Shown here: piece by piece, positions 22,501 to 31,835 of the stretch
How positions within the stretch are numbered: the stretch's first letter is position 1
Layout: each line of letters begins with the position of its first letter
From: Alphaproteobacteria bacterium
GTDB lineage: Bacteria > Pseudomonadota > Alphaproteobacteria > Rs-D84 > JAERRO01
Assembly: GCA_016735395.1 (NCBI GenBank)
Contig: JAERRO010000001.1
Location: forward strand, 2,428-66,427
Direction of reading: 5' to 3'
Length of the DNA stretch: 64,000 bases
Notes under the pieces: model-generated
What the model was told of the DNA's origin: nothing
Database searches by the model: none
Seen by the model: only the letters and a program-made list of their open reading frames with translations
Translations under genes and position numbers: made by a program

Positions 22501-23131
22501 GTTTTAAAGAATTAGTTTTAAAATTATTCATAGCTTCCCACGGATATAATTCTTTCATAGTTTCTTTTGACAATTCTATATAGGACTTAAATTCTGCTGA
22601 TGTTATATACCCATCGAAGAAGTGAAGCATAGGCATACTAGAAAGTAGTGTAGTAGTATGTGCTATAAAGGCCATATCTTGAGCTTCTTGAGTATCCGAA
22701 GATCCCAAAATAGAAAATCCCGTTTGTCTAGTAGCCATAATATCATTGTGAGAACAGAAGATAGAAGTAACAGGAGATGCAACTTCTCTAGCTGCCGAGT
22801 GTATAACCATAGGAGTAGCTTCACCCGCTATTTTGTACATCGTAGGAGGAAGTAAAATTAAACCTTGAGAAGAAGAGAAGGTAGTAGTAAGGGCTCCCAT
22901 CTGAATAGAACCGTGCATATATCCTGCAACTCCGACTTCAGATTGCATCTGTGTCATCGTAGGGACTATACCTAAAATATTCTTTTGTTTATCGGCTATT
23001 AGTAATTCTATCTTTTCTGGCATAGCAGTACTAGGCGAAATCGGAAAAATTGGGATAACATCGCTTAAAAAATGTGATACACGAGCTACTGCAGAACTGG
23101 TGTCCCCTAAAATATAATTTTTTAAAACCAT
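19580..23131 (-). CDS. nifJ: Pyruvate:ferredoxin/flavodoxin oxidoreductase, single-chain, paralog A (more divergent)
   Basis: FPISPS, MQSEVG, two CxxCxxCxxxCP motifs, GACPGC, GGDGWAYDIG, YANTGGQ. Confidence 0.9.
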   Translation of the reverse strand: MVLKNYILGDTSSAVARVSHFLSDVIPIFPISPSTAMPEKIELLIADKQKNILGIVPTMTQMQSEVGVAGYMHGSIQMGALTTTFSSSQGLILLPPTMYKIAGEATPMVIHSAAREVASPVTSIFCSHNDIMATRQTGFSILGSSDTQEAQDMAFIAHTTTLLSSMPMLHFFDGYITSAEFKSYIELSKETMKELYPWEAMNNFKTNSLKPENPQVRGSISNHDMAFQIKESLNPIVQNVIPTIKSEMKKFYSATGRKYEVVEFYGNPEAENIIISMTSSIQTIKEYIDLNREEKIAVINIRLYRPFPIDDLIEKLPSSVKNIAVLDRTKEMGAVYEPLCEDVVSALWRGGRKDINIAGGRYGLVGKNFSPKDVKAIFDMLNGENIPQEFTVGINDDVTNLSLEVDNSFLINHKDRFEAIIWGLASDGTSGSVVNSLNIINEVDNVYINGRTNNDARKAGGLTHTHIRIDKNKPIDTPFFVEQPDFIACHFFKLVQITNIFKNIKQNGTILINVDGDTKDVLNILPKDIQRTIKDKNCRLFVINASKIAKEFGLNRRINTIMQVCFFYVNELVDNKKIIQKIKDTVKKTYSSKGEDIVIANFSAIDKALDELIEIKVSDDTISKAPDFKSSISDSKEKIAVQIIEKIRTETGYDIPVSAIPKHVMFPAGLSKLEKRGLSNEVPIWDPDTCIQCGKCAFVCPHSAIRSTVTTEEQRSDAPDDFVSQEYKANDITDSKEDNLHYTIQVSPGDCTGCDLCIKACPLEDHKNPPIKMEPLDEIRRKVEQDNFDFLYGLKEVDKSRLNMSLPKHSQLAKPLFEFSGACPGCGETPLVKLLTQLTGDNLIMANASGCSSVFAGDNITPFNSNSNGVGPAWMNSLYENNAEFGLGMQISKDMMHQYAIGLLKELGDKYKNVLGEISDKIVDNKQEDENSRAIILEDIKTLEDILEKERDSLGEASVRLHNVIDNLRKKSLWIVGGDGWAYDIGYAGIDHILHLQTPSKILVLDNEVYANTGGQQSKATPITASHKFSITGKKTAKKNLGFISMQNNNCYVAQIAMFANPTQTIKAILEAEAFDGPAIIIAHSPCIEHNGPLDTGGTLSQQIHAVNSGQWPLYRFNPSLDEPLQLDSKNPSEDLEALYESQNRFIKTAKYDRENYERLADIGKKQNENLNNIIKNKTVKLT

Positions 23132-23189
23132 CTTCTAAACCTTTTTCTATTATCTATTTTAAAACTTTTAAAGTAATTCGTCAACTATT

Positions 23190-24560
23190 TTATTTTTCCT
23201 CCGTATCGTTGGAGATTCTAGATATTTTACCTATGCTTTTAACTATGACGACGGCTTGATTCATTTGAAAGTCTTTCACGACCTTTTTGGAATCGTCCTC
23301 TTCGTCTTCCTCAAATAAGTCGTCTCTAGAAGTTTTATCTACTTCGTTTTTTTTATCTTCATTGTCAAGTGCATTGTTAAAATCAGATTCAGAGAATAAA
23401 CTGTCAAAGTGATCTTGATCATATGTCAATTTTGCCATAGGAATATAGATATCTGGGACTATACCTTTCGCTTGAATAGACTTGCCGGCAGGAGTAAAGT
23501 ATCTAGCGGTAGTAAATTTAACACCGGAACCGTCCTTAAAAGATTTTACCGTTTGAACAGATCCCTTTCCGAAAGATTTAGTACCGATAACTACAGCTCT
23601 ATTATGATGTTGTAAAGCCCCCGCAACAATTTCAGATGCCGATGCACTTCCACCGTTGATCAAAATCACTATTGGTTTATCTTTTAGAAAATCAACAGTT
23701 TCAGAGTATATATAGTCTACCTCCTCTTCGTTTCGACCTCTTATAGAAAGAATCTCAAGATTTCTATCCAAGAATGTATCACTGACTGAAATAGCCTCTT
23801 TAAGTGTTCCACCGGGATTGTCTCTGAGATCTAAAACATATCCTTCTAGTTTCTTCGTATCCCAAACTTTTTCTATATTCTTAATTGCATCTCTCAACTC
23901 TTTTTGAGTAGTATCTGCGAAAACGGATAAACGGATAACTGCGACATTGTCTTGATAAGAAACTTTAACAGATTTTACCTTGATAATTTTTCTAACAATT
24001 TTAATCTTTTGAGGTTTCTCTCCTTTCCGTAGGATAGTAAGGACTATAGAAGTCCCAGGTTTTCCTTTCATCTTTTTAATGGATTCAGTAAGAGTTTCAT
24101 CCCTTACGGAGACTTGATCTAGATGAGATATATAATCTCCTGCTTTAATTCCGGCTTTAAAAGCGGGAGTGTCGTCGATAGGAGAAATAACTTTAATCAT
24201 TTTGTCTTCTCTAGTAATTTGGATACCTAACCCCCCAAATTCTCCTTTAGTCTGTTCCATAATATCTTTAAATTCGTCATAGTTTAAATATCCAGAATGT
24301 GGATCTAGAGACTCTAGCATTCCGTTAATAGCTGATTCTAACATCTTTTTAGCATCGATATCTTCTACATAAGACAACTCTGCTAGTTTAAAGACTTTAG
24401 CTAACTTCGATATCAATTGATAAACTTCTTCCTCCTCGTTTTCACTAGAACTTTTGACTTCGACTTTTTCTGCTATTATTACCCAAGTAAGAGATATCAT
24501 AGACACGACGATAATCATAAATAATATACCGTGTTTTTTTAATAGTTTTATTAGATTCAT
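23190..24560 (-). CDS. ctpA: Carboxy-terminal processing protease (S41)
   Basis: LDPHS, PDZ GGLGI, DLRDNPGG, SASASEI, GKGSVQ. Confidence 0.95.
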   Translation of the reverse strand: MNLIKLLKKHGILFMIIVVSMISLTWVIIAEKVEVKSSSENEEEEVYQLISKLAKVFKLAELSYVEDIDAKKMLESAINGMLESLDPHSGYLNYDEFKDIMEQTKGEFGGLGIQITREDKMIKVISPIDDTPAFKAGIKAGDYISHLDQVSVRDETLTESIKKMKGKPGTSIVLTILRKGEKPQKIKIVRKIIKVKSVKVSYQDNVAVIRLSVFADTTQKELRDAIKNIEKVWDTKKLEGYVLDLRDNPGGTLKEAISVSDTFLDRNLEILSIRGRNEEEVDYIYSETVDFLKDKPIVILINGGSASASEIVAGALQHHNRAVVIGTKSFGKGSVQTVKSFKDGSGVKFTTARYFTPAGKSIQAKGIVPDIYIPMAKLTYDQDHFDSLFSESDFNNALDNEDKKNEVDKTSRDDLFEEDEEDDSKKVVKDFQMNQAVVIVKSIGKISRISNDTEEK

Positions 24561-24575
24561 AAGAGGTCCTTTAAT

Positions 24576-25661
24576 TTATATAAATTGGTTAGCATCGATA
24601 ATAGTTCTAGAATTGTCTCTCACCTCTACGGTTAAGACCCTCTCGATTCTATTCATAGCACCAACTATTTGTCCTTTGTTTACATCATCATAAATAGATA
24701 CAGCGAATGTATCTAAACCTGAGATAATTACATAGTAGTCATTTTCTGTTTGTAAAATCAACAGTTTTTTATACCCTCTAAAATCTTGAGCGAATATTAC
24801 TTTACCTTTAGTAGGAGAGAACACTATAGCACTAGGATCTGTCCTACTTTCCCATATGAGAGGGGACGATTTATTAGTCCTATCTTTACCTTTAGCGGGA
24901 CTCATCCACTTACGAGACACAGTAGAAGTTTTCTTTGCGACGGTCTTCTTCTTTGCCGTAGCTACAATAAGATCATCTAGATCTTTCGACTTTTTAACTA
25001 GAGTATCTATTTCTCTCTGAAGTTTTCTATTATTTTTTGCTAACCTTGAGGCATCTCGTCGATATATTTTAATAGAATTTATCAAATATTTTTTGTCTAC
25101 ATCGATTTTTTTGATAGTTTTATCTAGACGATTTTTACTATTATTTATCTCTTTCTCGTTCTTTTTTAGTTTATCTTTTTCTACCTTATATTTTTTAATT
25201 ACTTTCAAATATTTATCTTGTCGTAATTTCAGTAATAATCTTTGTTGAATAAATTTCTTATCATAAAATTGCGGATCGAATATATATCTTTCCATCATAT
25301 GGTACGGCACAGCAATATCGAAAGAAATTTTTCTAATAGATTTTTGAGAGTTCTGTATATTATCATCTAGTGTAGTCCTCTGTTTTTTCAACCTCTTTAT
25401 ATTGTCATCTATCTCCTTCTTTTTTGTTGTACTACGATTATATAGAGTTAGTTTATCGTCTAGCCTTTTTTGAGATACCTCAAGGTTCTTTTTATAGTGC
25501 TTTTGTTTAGAAATAACTTTTTTCTTGTCTTCGGTAGTTTTTTTTATCTTCTGAGAGATTTCGACTTTTTTCTGTAATGTAGTTTGGGCACTGGAATTAT
25601 TAGAAATAAGTACTAGATTAAAAGCGATAGAAACTAGGTAAATTATTTTAATAAAAATCAT
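24576..25661 (-). CDS. Murein hydrolase activator EnvC-like
   Basis: Signal peptide, long coiled coil, degenerate M23 domain (GKVIFAQDFRGY..GQIVG); directly upstream of ctpA. Confidence 0.7.
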   Translation of the reverse strand: MIFIKIIYLVSIAFNLVLISNNSSAQTTLQKKVEISQKIKKTTEDKKKVISKQKHYKKNLEVSQKRLDDKLTLYNRSTTKKKEIDDNIKRLKKQRTTLDDNIQNSQKSIRKISFDIAVPYHMMERYIFDPQFYDKKFIQQRLLLKLRQDKYLKVIKKYKVEKDKLKKNEKEINNSKNRLDKTIKKIDVDKKYLINSIKIYRRDASRLAKNNRKLQREIDTLVKKSKDLDDLIVATAKKKTVAKKTSTVSRKWMSPAKGKDRTNKSSPLIWESRTDPSAIVFSPTKGKVIFAQDFRGYKKLLILQTENDYYVIISGLDTFAVSIYDDVNKGQIVGAMNRIERVLTVEVRDNSRTIIDANQFI

Positions 25662-25668
25662 AAGGCTA

Positions 25669-27465
25669 TTATTTTATAATATGAATATTTATATTATAAA
25701 TGAATTTAAAACCTTTAGACAATTTATTCTGAATAAGTTGTCGAACTACAAGTTTTATATTTTCTATAAGATCATTGTCATTGAACTTTTTAATCAGAGG
25801 TTTTATAGCCAGTTCTATGTCTACTTTACTATTCGGGACTAAAGCTAACGGGCCATTATCGGTAACCATAATAGAATCTTTACTACTTCTTGCAATAGAT
25901 ATAAACATTGTCGCAGAGAACTTTTTATCTATAGATACAGAAGCTATGTCCTTTTTAGACATAGTAAAATGTTTAGTCTGTACTATAGTGTCCGTCGGTA
26001 CGGAGGCTATAATTCTAGGAGCCTTGTTATGAGACAAAGCAACAACATCTCCGTTATGAGGTAATATAGTATGTCTAATGCCGGCTTTATCCGCTAACAT
26101 TTTATTGACGATCATATGCATCAGAGTTCCGTGCATAGGAATAAAAGTCGCAGGATTTACGGTCTTATAAAAGTCTATAAGTTCTATATGAGAAATATCG
26201 TGTCCACCTGTGTGTAGGTTATTATCTAGGTGATAAGTTTTAAACTCTATACCTTTGTCGATAAGTTCTTCGTACATAGAGGCTATACGAGTATCATTAC
26301 CGGGGATAACTCTAGAAGAAAAGAGGACTAGATCTCTACCGGCAGATAATTGAATGTCGTTTCTATTAGGTTGAAATATAGTTCTCTGTAGACCAGAAAA
26401 TTGTTCCCCTTGAGTCCCAGATAGACAGTAGACTAACTCGCTATCATGATAATCTTCGGCTTCTTCTCGCGAAATAACTAAATTTTTATATTTTAGATAT
26501 CCGAGTTCATTAGCAATATCATAGTATTGATTTATTGATAACCCTATTAAAACTATTTTACGGTTCGATTTATATGCCGCAATCTCTATAGCATTTATCC
26601 TGTTAACGGCTCTAGCATACCTAGTAAGTACTATTCTCTTTTTTGTAGAGGAGAACAGTTTAGTAAGACATTGTGCTACATCTAATTCTGTTTTACCTCT
26701 CTTCCACTGTGATAAAACATCCGTAGACTCTCCTATAATAGCTAGAAGTTTCTTGCTTTTTAGTGATTTTAGATACTTCGTATTCGTATTTTCTCCAGCT
26801 AAAGAGTTCTTAGAAAATTTGAAGTCTCCCGTATGTAATACCGCTCCTGCTTTAGTCTCAATGTGAAACATAAGTGATTCTGGAATAGAATGACTTATAG
26901 AAACACCCGTCACAGAAAAGTTTTTTGTATTTGTAGTATTTCCTTTAGGAGATATAGTATTAAAATTTATTATTCTTTTAAAATTTAATTTAGCCAACTG
27001 ACATTCATTCTCTAGAGCTTTTTTTACTATAGGGGTCGCAAAAACCGGACACCGTAATGTTTTATGTAGATATATTAAAGCATCAGAATGATCCGCATGA
27101 TTATGAGTGACAAACAGTCCTTCAACCAAATGTTCTTTCCCTTTAAAAAAGGACAGATCTACAAATTCGTTAGTATCAAAGTCAGTATGCATATCTGAAC
27201 CACCGAAACCGCCTATTCCGTAGTCTACAATTATAAATTTGCCGTTATATTCATAGACATAACAACTAAACATAAACGACCGTAATCCACCTAGTCCAAA
27301 AAATCGTAATTCGTTGTTATTTCCTCTTAGCCACTTGTTATTTTGTCTAACAGGTTTCTTCTTTTCTTTATAATTTTTAGGTCTACTCCGCGAGACATTA
27401 TTATAGTTAACTTCATTATTTTTATTAGTTTTTTTATTAAACATATTATTCCTTACAAGATGCAT
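25669..27465 (-). CDS. rnj: Ribonuclease J
   Basis: GLGGL, THNHADH, HSIPES, HTGDFK, GTQGE, VIPGN, HTGGH, PMHG. Confidence 0.88.
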   Translation of the reverse strand: MHLVRNNMFNKKTNKNNEVNYNNVSRSRPKNYKEKKKPVRQNNKWLRGNNNELRFFGLGGLRSFMFSCYVYEYNGKFIIVDYGIGGFGGSDMHTDFDTNEFVDLSFFKGKEHLVEGLFVTHNHADHSDALIYLHKTLRCPVFATPIVKKALENECQLAKLNFKRIINFNTISPKGNTTNTKNFSVTGVSISHSIPESLMFHIETKAGAVLHTGDFKFSKNSLAGENTNTKYLKSLKSKKLLAIIGESTDVLSQWKRGKTELDVAQCLTKLFSSTKKRIVLTRYARAVNRINAIEIAAYKSNRKIVLIGLSINQYYDIANELGYLKYKNLVISREEAEDYHDSELVYCLSGTQGEQFSGLQRTIFQPNRNDIQLSAGRDLVLFSSRVIPGNDTRIASMYEELIDKGIEFKTYHLDNNLHTGGHDISHIELIDFYKTVNPATFIPMHGTLMHMIVNKMLADKAGIRHTILPHNGDVVALSHNKAPRIIASVPTDTIVQTKHFTMSKKDIASVSIDKKFSATMFISIARSSKDSIMVTDNGPLALVPNSKVDIELAIKPLIKKFNDNDLIENIKLVVRQLIQNKLSKGFKFIYNINIHIIK

Positions 27466-27578
27466 ATTATAGACATTCTAAACTATATCTATATAGTTTT
27501 TTGTGTATGTATATCAAGTTAGTATAGACTAGTTCTAAAGTCAAGAGACTTTAAAATACCGTATATCTTGCTTTATTA

Positions 27579-29768
27579 TTGTACTATATGTATAATGATG
27601 ATATGCAACCGACGAGTAAATTAGAATTTTTTAGAAAAGACATATCGTTTATAAAGGGGATAGGTCCAAAGGTCAGAGATATCTTAAAACCAGTGTTAGG
27701 CAGTAATATAACGGAGACGGTCAGTGTATGGCATTTTCTAAAACATATACCTAGAAGATACGAGACTTTTCAACTGTTAGACGGTATGACAGACGAGTGG
27801 ATAGATAAATCTATAGAAATACCGATTACCGTGATAGAACACTCAAAACTTAAATTCTCTAACCGTAGGATACCGTTTCAAGTCAAAGTGCAAGACGGTC
27901 TTGGACAGTTCTTGTACCTAAACTTTTTTAGTATGAAGACATATTATATCACTAGTAAATTTCCTATAGGAGCCAAATTAGTACTGATAGGTAAGGGGAA
28001 AAAGATTAAAGGTAGATATGTATTTTATCATCCAGATGCCAGACCTTTTACCGCTATAGAACTTAACGACGAAGATACAACCAAGACACAAAAGATACAG
28101 AGCATATATCCCGCTACTGCTAATATATCTCAGAAGATATTTTTAAAATTACAACAAGGAATATTACCTCATATACCGGACATAGGATCTCCATATGACA
28201 AATTTTTATATACCTCTTTTAAATTTCCTAGTTTTAAGCAGGCGATAACAGAATTACATAATCAAAGTGAAACCGACGAGGACGAAGTTCTAAAAGCTAG
28301 ACAAAAATTAGCATTCGACGAGGTATTCGTCTCACAATTTTCCGTAAAACTTCGTCACTACTTTAAAAGATCGATAAAATCTAAAGAAAATATAATATAC
28401 GACGGTAATCTCTTAAAAAAGGCAAAATCTCTGATACCGTTCGAATTGACAGACGGACAAAAGGTTGCAACAGATGAGATAATAAAAGATATTAGTTCGC
28501 CTTATCAGATGTTTAGATTATTACAGGGAGATGTCGGCTCTGGAAAAACAATAGTAGTTTTTCTAGCAATGATTCAAATTGTTTCACGTGGAACATTTCA
28601 ATCGGTTCTAGTCGCCCCAACAGAACTATTAGCAAAACAGCATTTTGCTACACTAAAACCCTATGCAGATAAGCTAAATATCAATATAGTCCTGTTATCT
28701 GGCTCTCAGACAGTCGCCGAGAAAAAGGCAATTCGACGGCAAATAGCATCGGGATTCGCCCAAATGATAATCGGTACACATACCATATTTCAAGATACAA
28801 CGGAATTTAAAAATCTACGGCTAGCTATAATAGACGAACAGCACAGATTCGGTGTTCGTCAACGGTCTAGTTTACTAGGAAAAAATGACACAGTAGATCT
28901 ACTTTTGATGAGTGCTACTCCCATACCTAGAACACTACAGATGATGATGCAAGGACATATGGATATCTCTATTATGAAAGGAAAACCGGCAAACCGTCTC
29001 CCTGTAAAAACATCTTTAATCTCTAGTAATTCTGTCGATAAGTTAATAGAAAGACTCAAATATCGAATATCGAATAGTGAAAAGATATTTTGGGTTTGCC
29101 CCATTATAGACGAATCAGATACTATAAACTCTACTCCCGCCATAGAAAGATTTGAATATGTCAGAAATATTCTAGGAGATAAAGTAGGACTATTACACGG
29201 TCAAATTAAACCTGTAGAACGGGACAAAATTATGGCAGACTTTATAAAACCTGACGGAAAAGTTAAGATAATTATAGCCACCACAGTCATAGAGGTAGGA
29301 GTAGATGTCTCTGATGCTACAGTTATGATTATAGAATCTCCCGAACGATTCGGACTGGCACAATTACATCAGTTACGGGGACGAGTCGGCAGGGGAGACA
29401 AACAGTCCTATTGCATATTATTGTCTAAAGATATATCACAAAATCGCCTGAAATTAATGACAGAAATTCACGACGGATTTAGACTAGCAGAATATGATTT
29501 GATGCACAGAGGGGAAGGAGATGCTCTAGGGATTAAACAAAGTGGACGGTCCTTTTTTAATTTCGTAAATGTCTTCGAAGATCAAAATATCATAACCGCC
29601 TCGACTCAATATGCTCAAGATCTATTTGACGAATATCGAGATATCCTAAAAGATATCGAAAACTCTAACAAATTCGTAAAGTACCTTATGAAAAATAATC
29701 CCGATTTATACCTTATACTGTCTATCTTTAAAAAAAGCGAAGAAGGTACAGACTCTTTGGGTTGTTAG
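27579..29768 (+). CDS. recG: ATP-dependent DNA helicase RecG
   Basis: LLQGDVGSGKT, DEQHRFG, SATPIPRT, QLHQLRGRVGRG; true start may be ATG at 27603. Confidence 0.95.
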   Translation: MYYMYNDDMQPTSKLEFFRKDISFIKGIGPKVRDILKPVLGSNITETVSVWHFLKHIPRRYETFQLLDGMTDEWIDKSIEIPITVIEHSKLKFSNRRIPFQVKVQDGLGQFLYLNFFSMKTYYITSKFPIGAKLVLIGKGKKIKGRYVFYHPDARPFTAIELNDEDTTKTQKIQSIYPATANISQKIFLKLQQGILPHIPDIGSPYDKFLYTSFKFPSFKQAITELHNQSETDEDEVLKARQKLAFDEVFVSQFSVKLRHYFKRSIKSKENIIYDGNLLKKAKSLIPFELTDGQKVATDEIIKDISSPYQMFRLLQGDVGSGKTIVVFLAMIQIVSRGTFQSVLVAPTELLAKQHFATLKPYADKLNINIVLLSGSQTVAEKKAIRRQIASGFAQMIIGTHTIFQDTTEFKNLRLAIIDEQHRFGVRQRSSLLGKNDTVDLLLMSATPIPRTLQMMMQGHMDISIMKGKPANRLPVKTSLISSNSVDKLIERLKYRISNSEKIFWVCPIIDESDTINSTPAIERFEYVRNILGDKVGLLHGQIKPVERDKIMADFIKPDGKVKIIIATTVIEVGVDVSDATVMIIESPERFGLAQLHQLRGRVGRGDKQSYCILLSKDISQNRLKLMTEIHDGFRLAEYDLMHRGEGDALGIKQSGRSFFNFVNVFEDQNIITASTQYAQDLFDEYRDILKDIENSNKFVKYLMKNNPDLYLILSIFKKSEEGTDSLGC

Positions 29769-29778
29769 AATAAATCTG

Positions 29779-29793
29779 TTTGTCAAGTTTTGG
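29779..29793 (+). repeat. 15-bp direct repeat, left copy (TTTGTCAAGTTTTGG)
   Basis: Exact second copy at 31808-31822; the two bracket a pair of orphan paralogs. Confidence 0.7.
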
Positions 29794-29934
29794 TATGGGC
29801 GGATATGTTAATTTCGCGGGGTCGCTTCTTCCGTTTATTCTATCTGATTTTGCTATCTGTTGGAGTTATTACGGGGAATTGTCTGTTGATCTAGTTTTGT
29901 TCTTTATTTAATTTATTCGTTGATTTTGGTTCGT

Positions 29935-30807
29935 TTATCTAGACATTCGTCCTAGACATCTATTATATATATTCTTATAATTATCTGCTGTAATATTTTC
30001 TTCGTTTAACTTTTTTATAATCCTGTAAATTATTTCGTCGAGGTACTCGTAGTCGACCGTTAGAGAACTCAATTTGTAGACGGTCGCCTTAAAGAAATCT
30101 AGCTCTTTATTAGTAGGGAAAACCGTATTTATATTAATATCTCGCAATTTTTGATTTTCTTTTATATAATCTATTACTCCAGATATCTCCTTCTCAATTA
30201 TATCTTTACTTATATAATTTTTTAACTGTTTTTCGTCACACTTATAAGAAAGATGACTGTACATAACAGAATGACTGGTAATTGCACTCAGTATTTTGAA
30301 GTATATACTTTTATGGTTAAAACTTGTATCATATAATGTATTTTGTTCTATATACATATGACATAATGCTCTTTCTAGTAATTTTATTATACCTTTAAAG
30401 CTAGATAATTTACTAATATCAATACTTATAGTTTTTCTAGAATATGATACACAGGCACCGTTTTCTAACGATTTTGTCAAATTTATCTGTTTCAAATTGT
30501 TATATAGATCTTTAAGTGTAGGATTCATAGACTTCGAAGAAAACATCTTTTCTAATTCCATTTTAATAATACTCTTATAATAAGACATCGTATTGTATAA
30601 TTCTGCGGTTAACTCTATGTCGGGGTTCCTTTCTATATAAGACACTTCTATGTCTCTCATACCTTTGACAGATAGTAGTCCTATATTATAATTTTTGTCA
30701 GTGTTCTTTTTAGAGACAGAGACTTCATTTTTTAGCAGTATATTTAACAGAGAAACTGATCCTAGACCGAGTTTAACCATCATATTCATTATATTAGTGT
30801 AAAACAT
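29935..30807 (-). CDS. Hypothetical protein, paralog of 30824-31777
   Basis: Shared blocks KM(F/L)SS.S.NP..KDLY.NL, HMYIE.N, TVFPT..ELDFFK.TVY.L.SLTVD. Confidence 0.75.
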   Translation of the reverse strand: MFYTNIMNMMVKLGLGSVSLLNILLKNEVSVSKKNTDKNYNIGLLSVKGMRDIEVSYIERNPDIELTAELYNTMSYYKSIIKMELEKMFSSKSMNPTLKDLYNNLKQINLTKSLENGACVSYSRKTISIDISKLSSFKGIIKLLERALCHMYIEQNTLYDTSFNHKSIYFKILSAITSHSVMYSHLSYKCDEKQLKNYISKDIIEKEISGVIDYIKENQKLRDININTVFPTNKELDFFKATVYKLSSLTVDYEYLDEIIYRIIKKLNEENITADNYKNIYNRCLGRMSR

Positions 30808-30823
30808 ATTTATCTCCTATATT

Positions 30824-31777
30824 CTATCTAGCTATTTGATCGCGATCGACGGTATTTTGAACTTTAACAAAAGCTCTCTCCCTACTACTTTTACCTAAAG
30901 TTATGTTATTCTCTTGTAGTTTCTCTATCACTAATACCATAACTCTATTGAGATGCTTCTCGTCGACTGTTAAAGAACCCAATTCATAAACGGTTCTTTT
31001 GAAAAAATCTAGTTCTGTTTGAGTTGGGAATACAGTGTCTATGGGTCTGCCAGACAATTTAGATATCTTTTTAGACTCCTCTATGATTCTCTCCATATTG
31101 ATATTCATTATATCGTTCGCTATCAACTTTTTAAAAGTCTCTTCACTGATATACTCAGAATAATGTTCGTACATAATAGAATAACTAGCAAATTCGTTCA
31201 ATGCATTCAAAAATATATTATTAGACTCAAATTTATGACGGTTCGGTATATTCTTCTCTATATACATATGATATAACTTCTGTTCTAAAGATCTCCTTAT
31301 ATATTTACCGTCGTGGCTCATATGTTCTGTATTTATAGTTATCACATTATCGGAGTATGTCATAAACTTCTTGTTATTTTTGTTCGATGTCACTTTTATC
31401 TCGTGCAGATTATCATATAGATCTTTAAATATAGGGTTCAAAGAAGAAGACGATAACATCTTGTCTATTTCTCTCATAACTATTTCTAGAGAGTCTAAAG
31501 TTTTTATGTACTTTTCTAAATGGTTAGTGAAAATCGGACCCGTAGGAGTATAAGAAACCGTTAACGGAGAATGTCCGTCAATAGACAATTTACCTGAAAA
31601 ATAGTTGAAGCTGTATCCCTTTTCGTAACTACTTTTGCTTTTTTCTTTCCCGTAGAATACCTTCTCTAATAGGGTGTCGCTACTTAATAATATCACACAA
31701 GCAGTACTACATAATAAGAAAAGACTTATCCCCATTTTATCCATTATATTTAATTTGACCATAATTATTCTCCACAT
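30824..31777 (-). CDS. Hypothetical protein with N-terminal TM/signal, paralog of 29935-30807
   Basis: Same conserved blocks; hydrophobic ISLFLLCSTACVILL. Confidence 0.75.
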   Translation of the reverse strand: MWRIIMVKLNIMDKMGISLFLLCSTACVILLSSDTLLEKVFYGKEKSKSSYEKGYSFNYFSGKLSIDGHSPLTVSYTPTGPIFTNHLEKYIKTLDSLEIVMREIDKMLSSSSLNPIFKDLYDNLHEIKVTSNKNNKKFMTYSDNVITINTEHMSHDGKYIRRSLEQKLYHMYIEKNIPNRHKFESNNIFLNALNEFASYSIMYEHYSEYISEETFKKLIANDIMNINMERIIEESKKISKLSGRPIDTVFPTQTELDFFKRTVYELGSLTVDEKHLNRVMVLVIEKLQENNITLGKSSRERAFVKVQNTVDRDQIAR

Positions 31778-31807
31778 TTATAGATATAATATAGTAGTTT
31801 ATTTTTA

Positions 31808-31822
31808 TTTGTCAAGTTTTGG
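31808..31822 (+). repeat. 15-bp direct repeat, right copy; contains a minus-strand TTGACA -35 box
   Basis: Identical to 29779-29793. Confidence 0.7.
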
Positions 31823-31835
31823 GGTAGGAGGAAAA

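Noticed and set aside
29794..29934. Strand-skewed intergenic stretch with CGGAAGAAGCG on the minus strand, reminiscent of the SRP RNA loop
   Set aside because: No long enclosing hairpin and the motif does not match the SRP consensus
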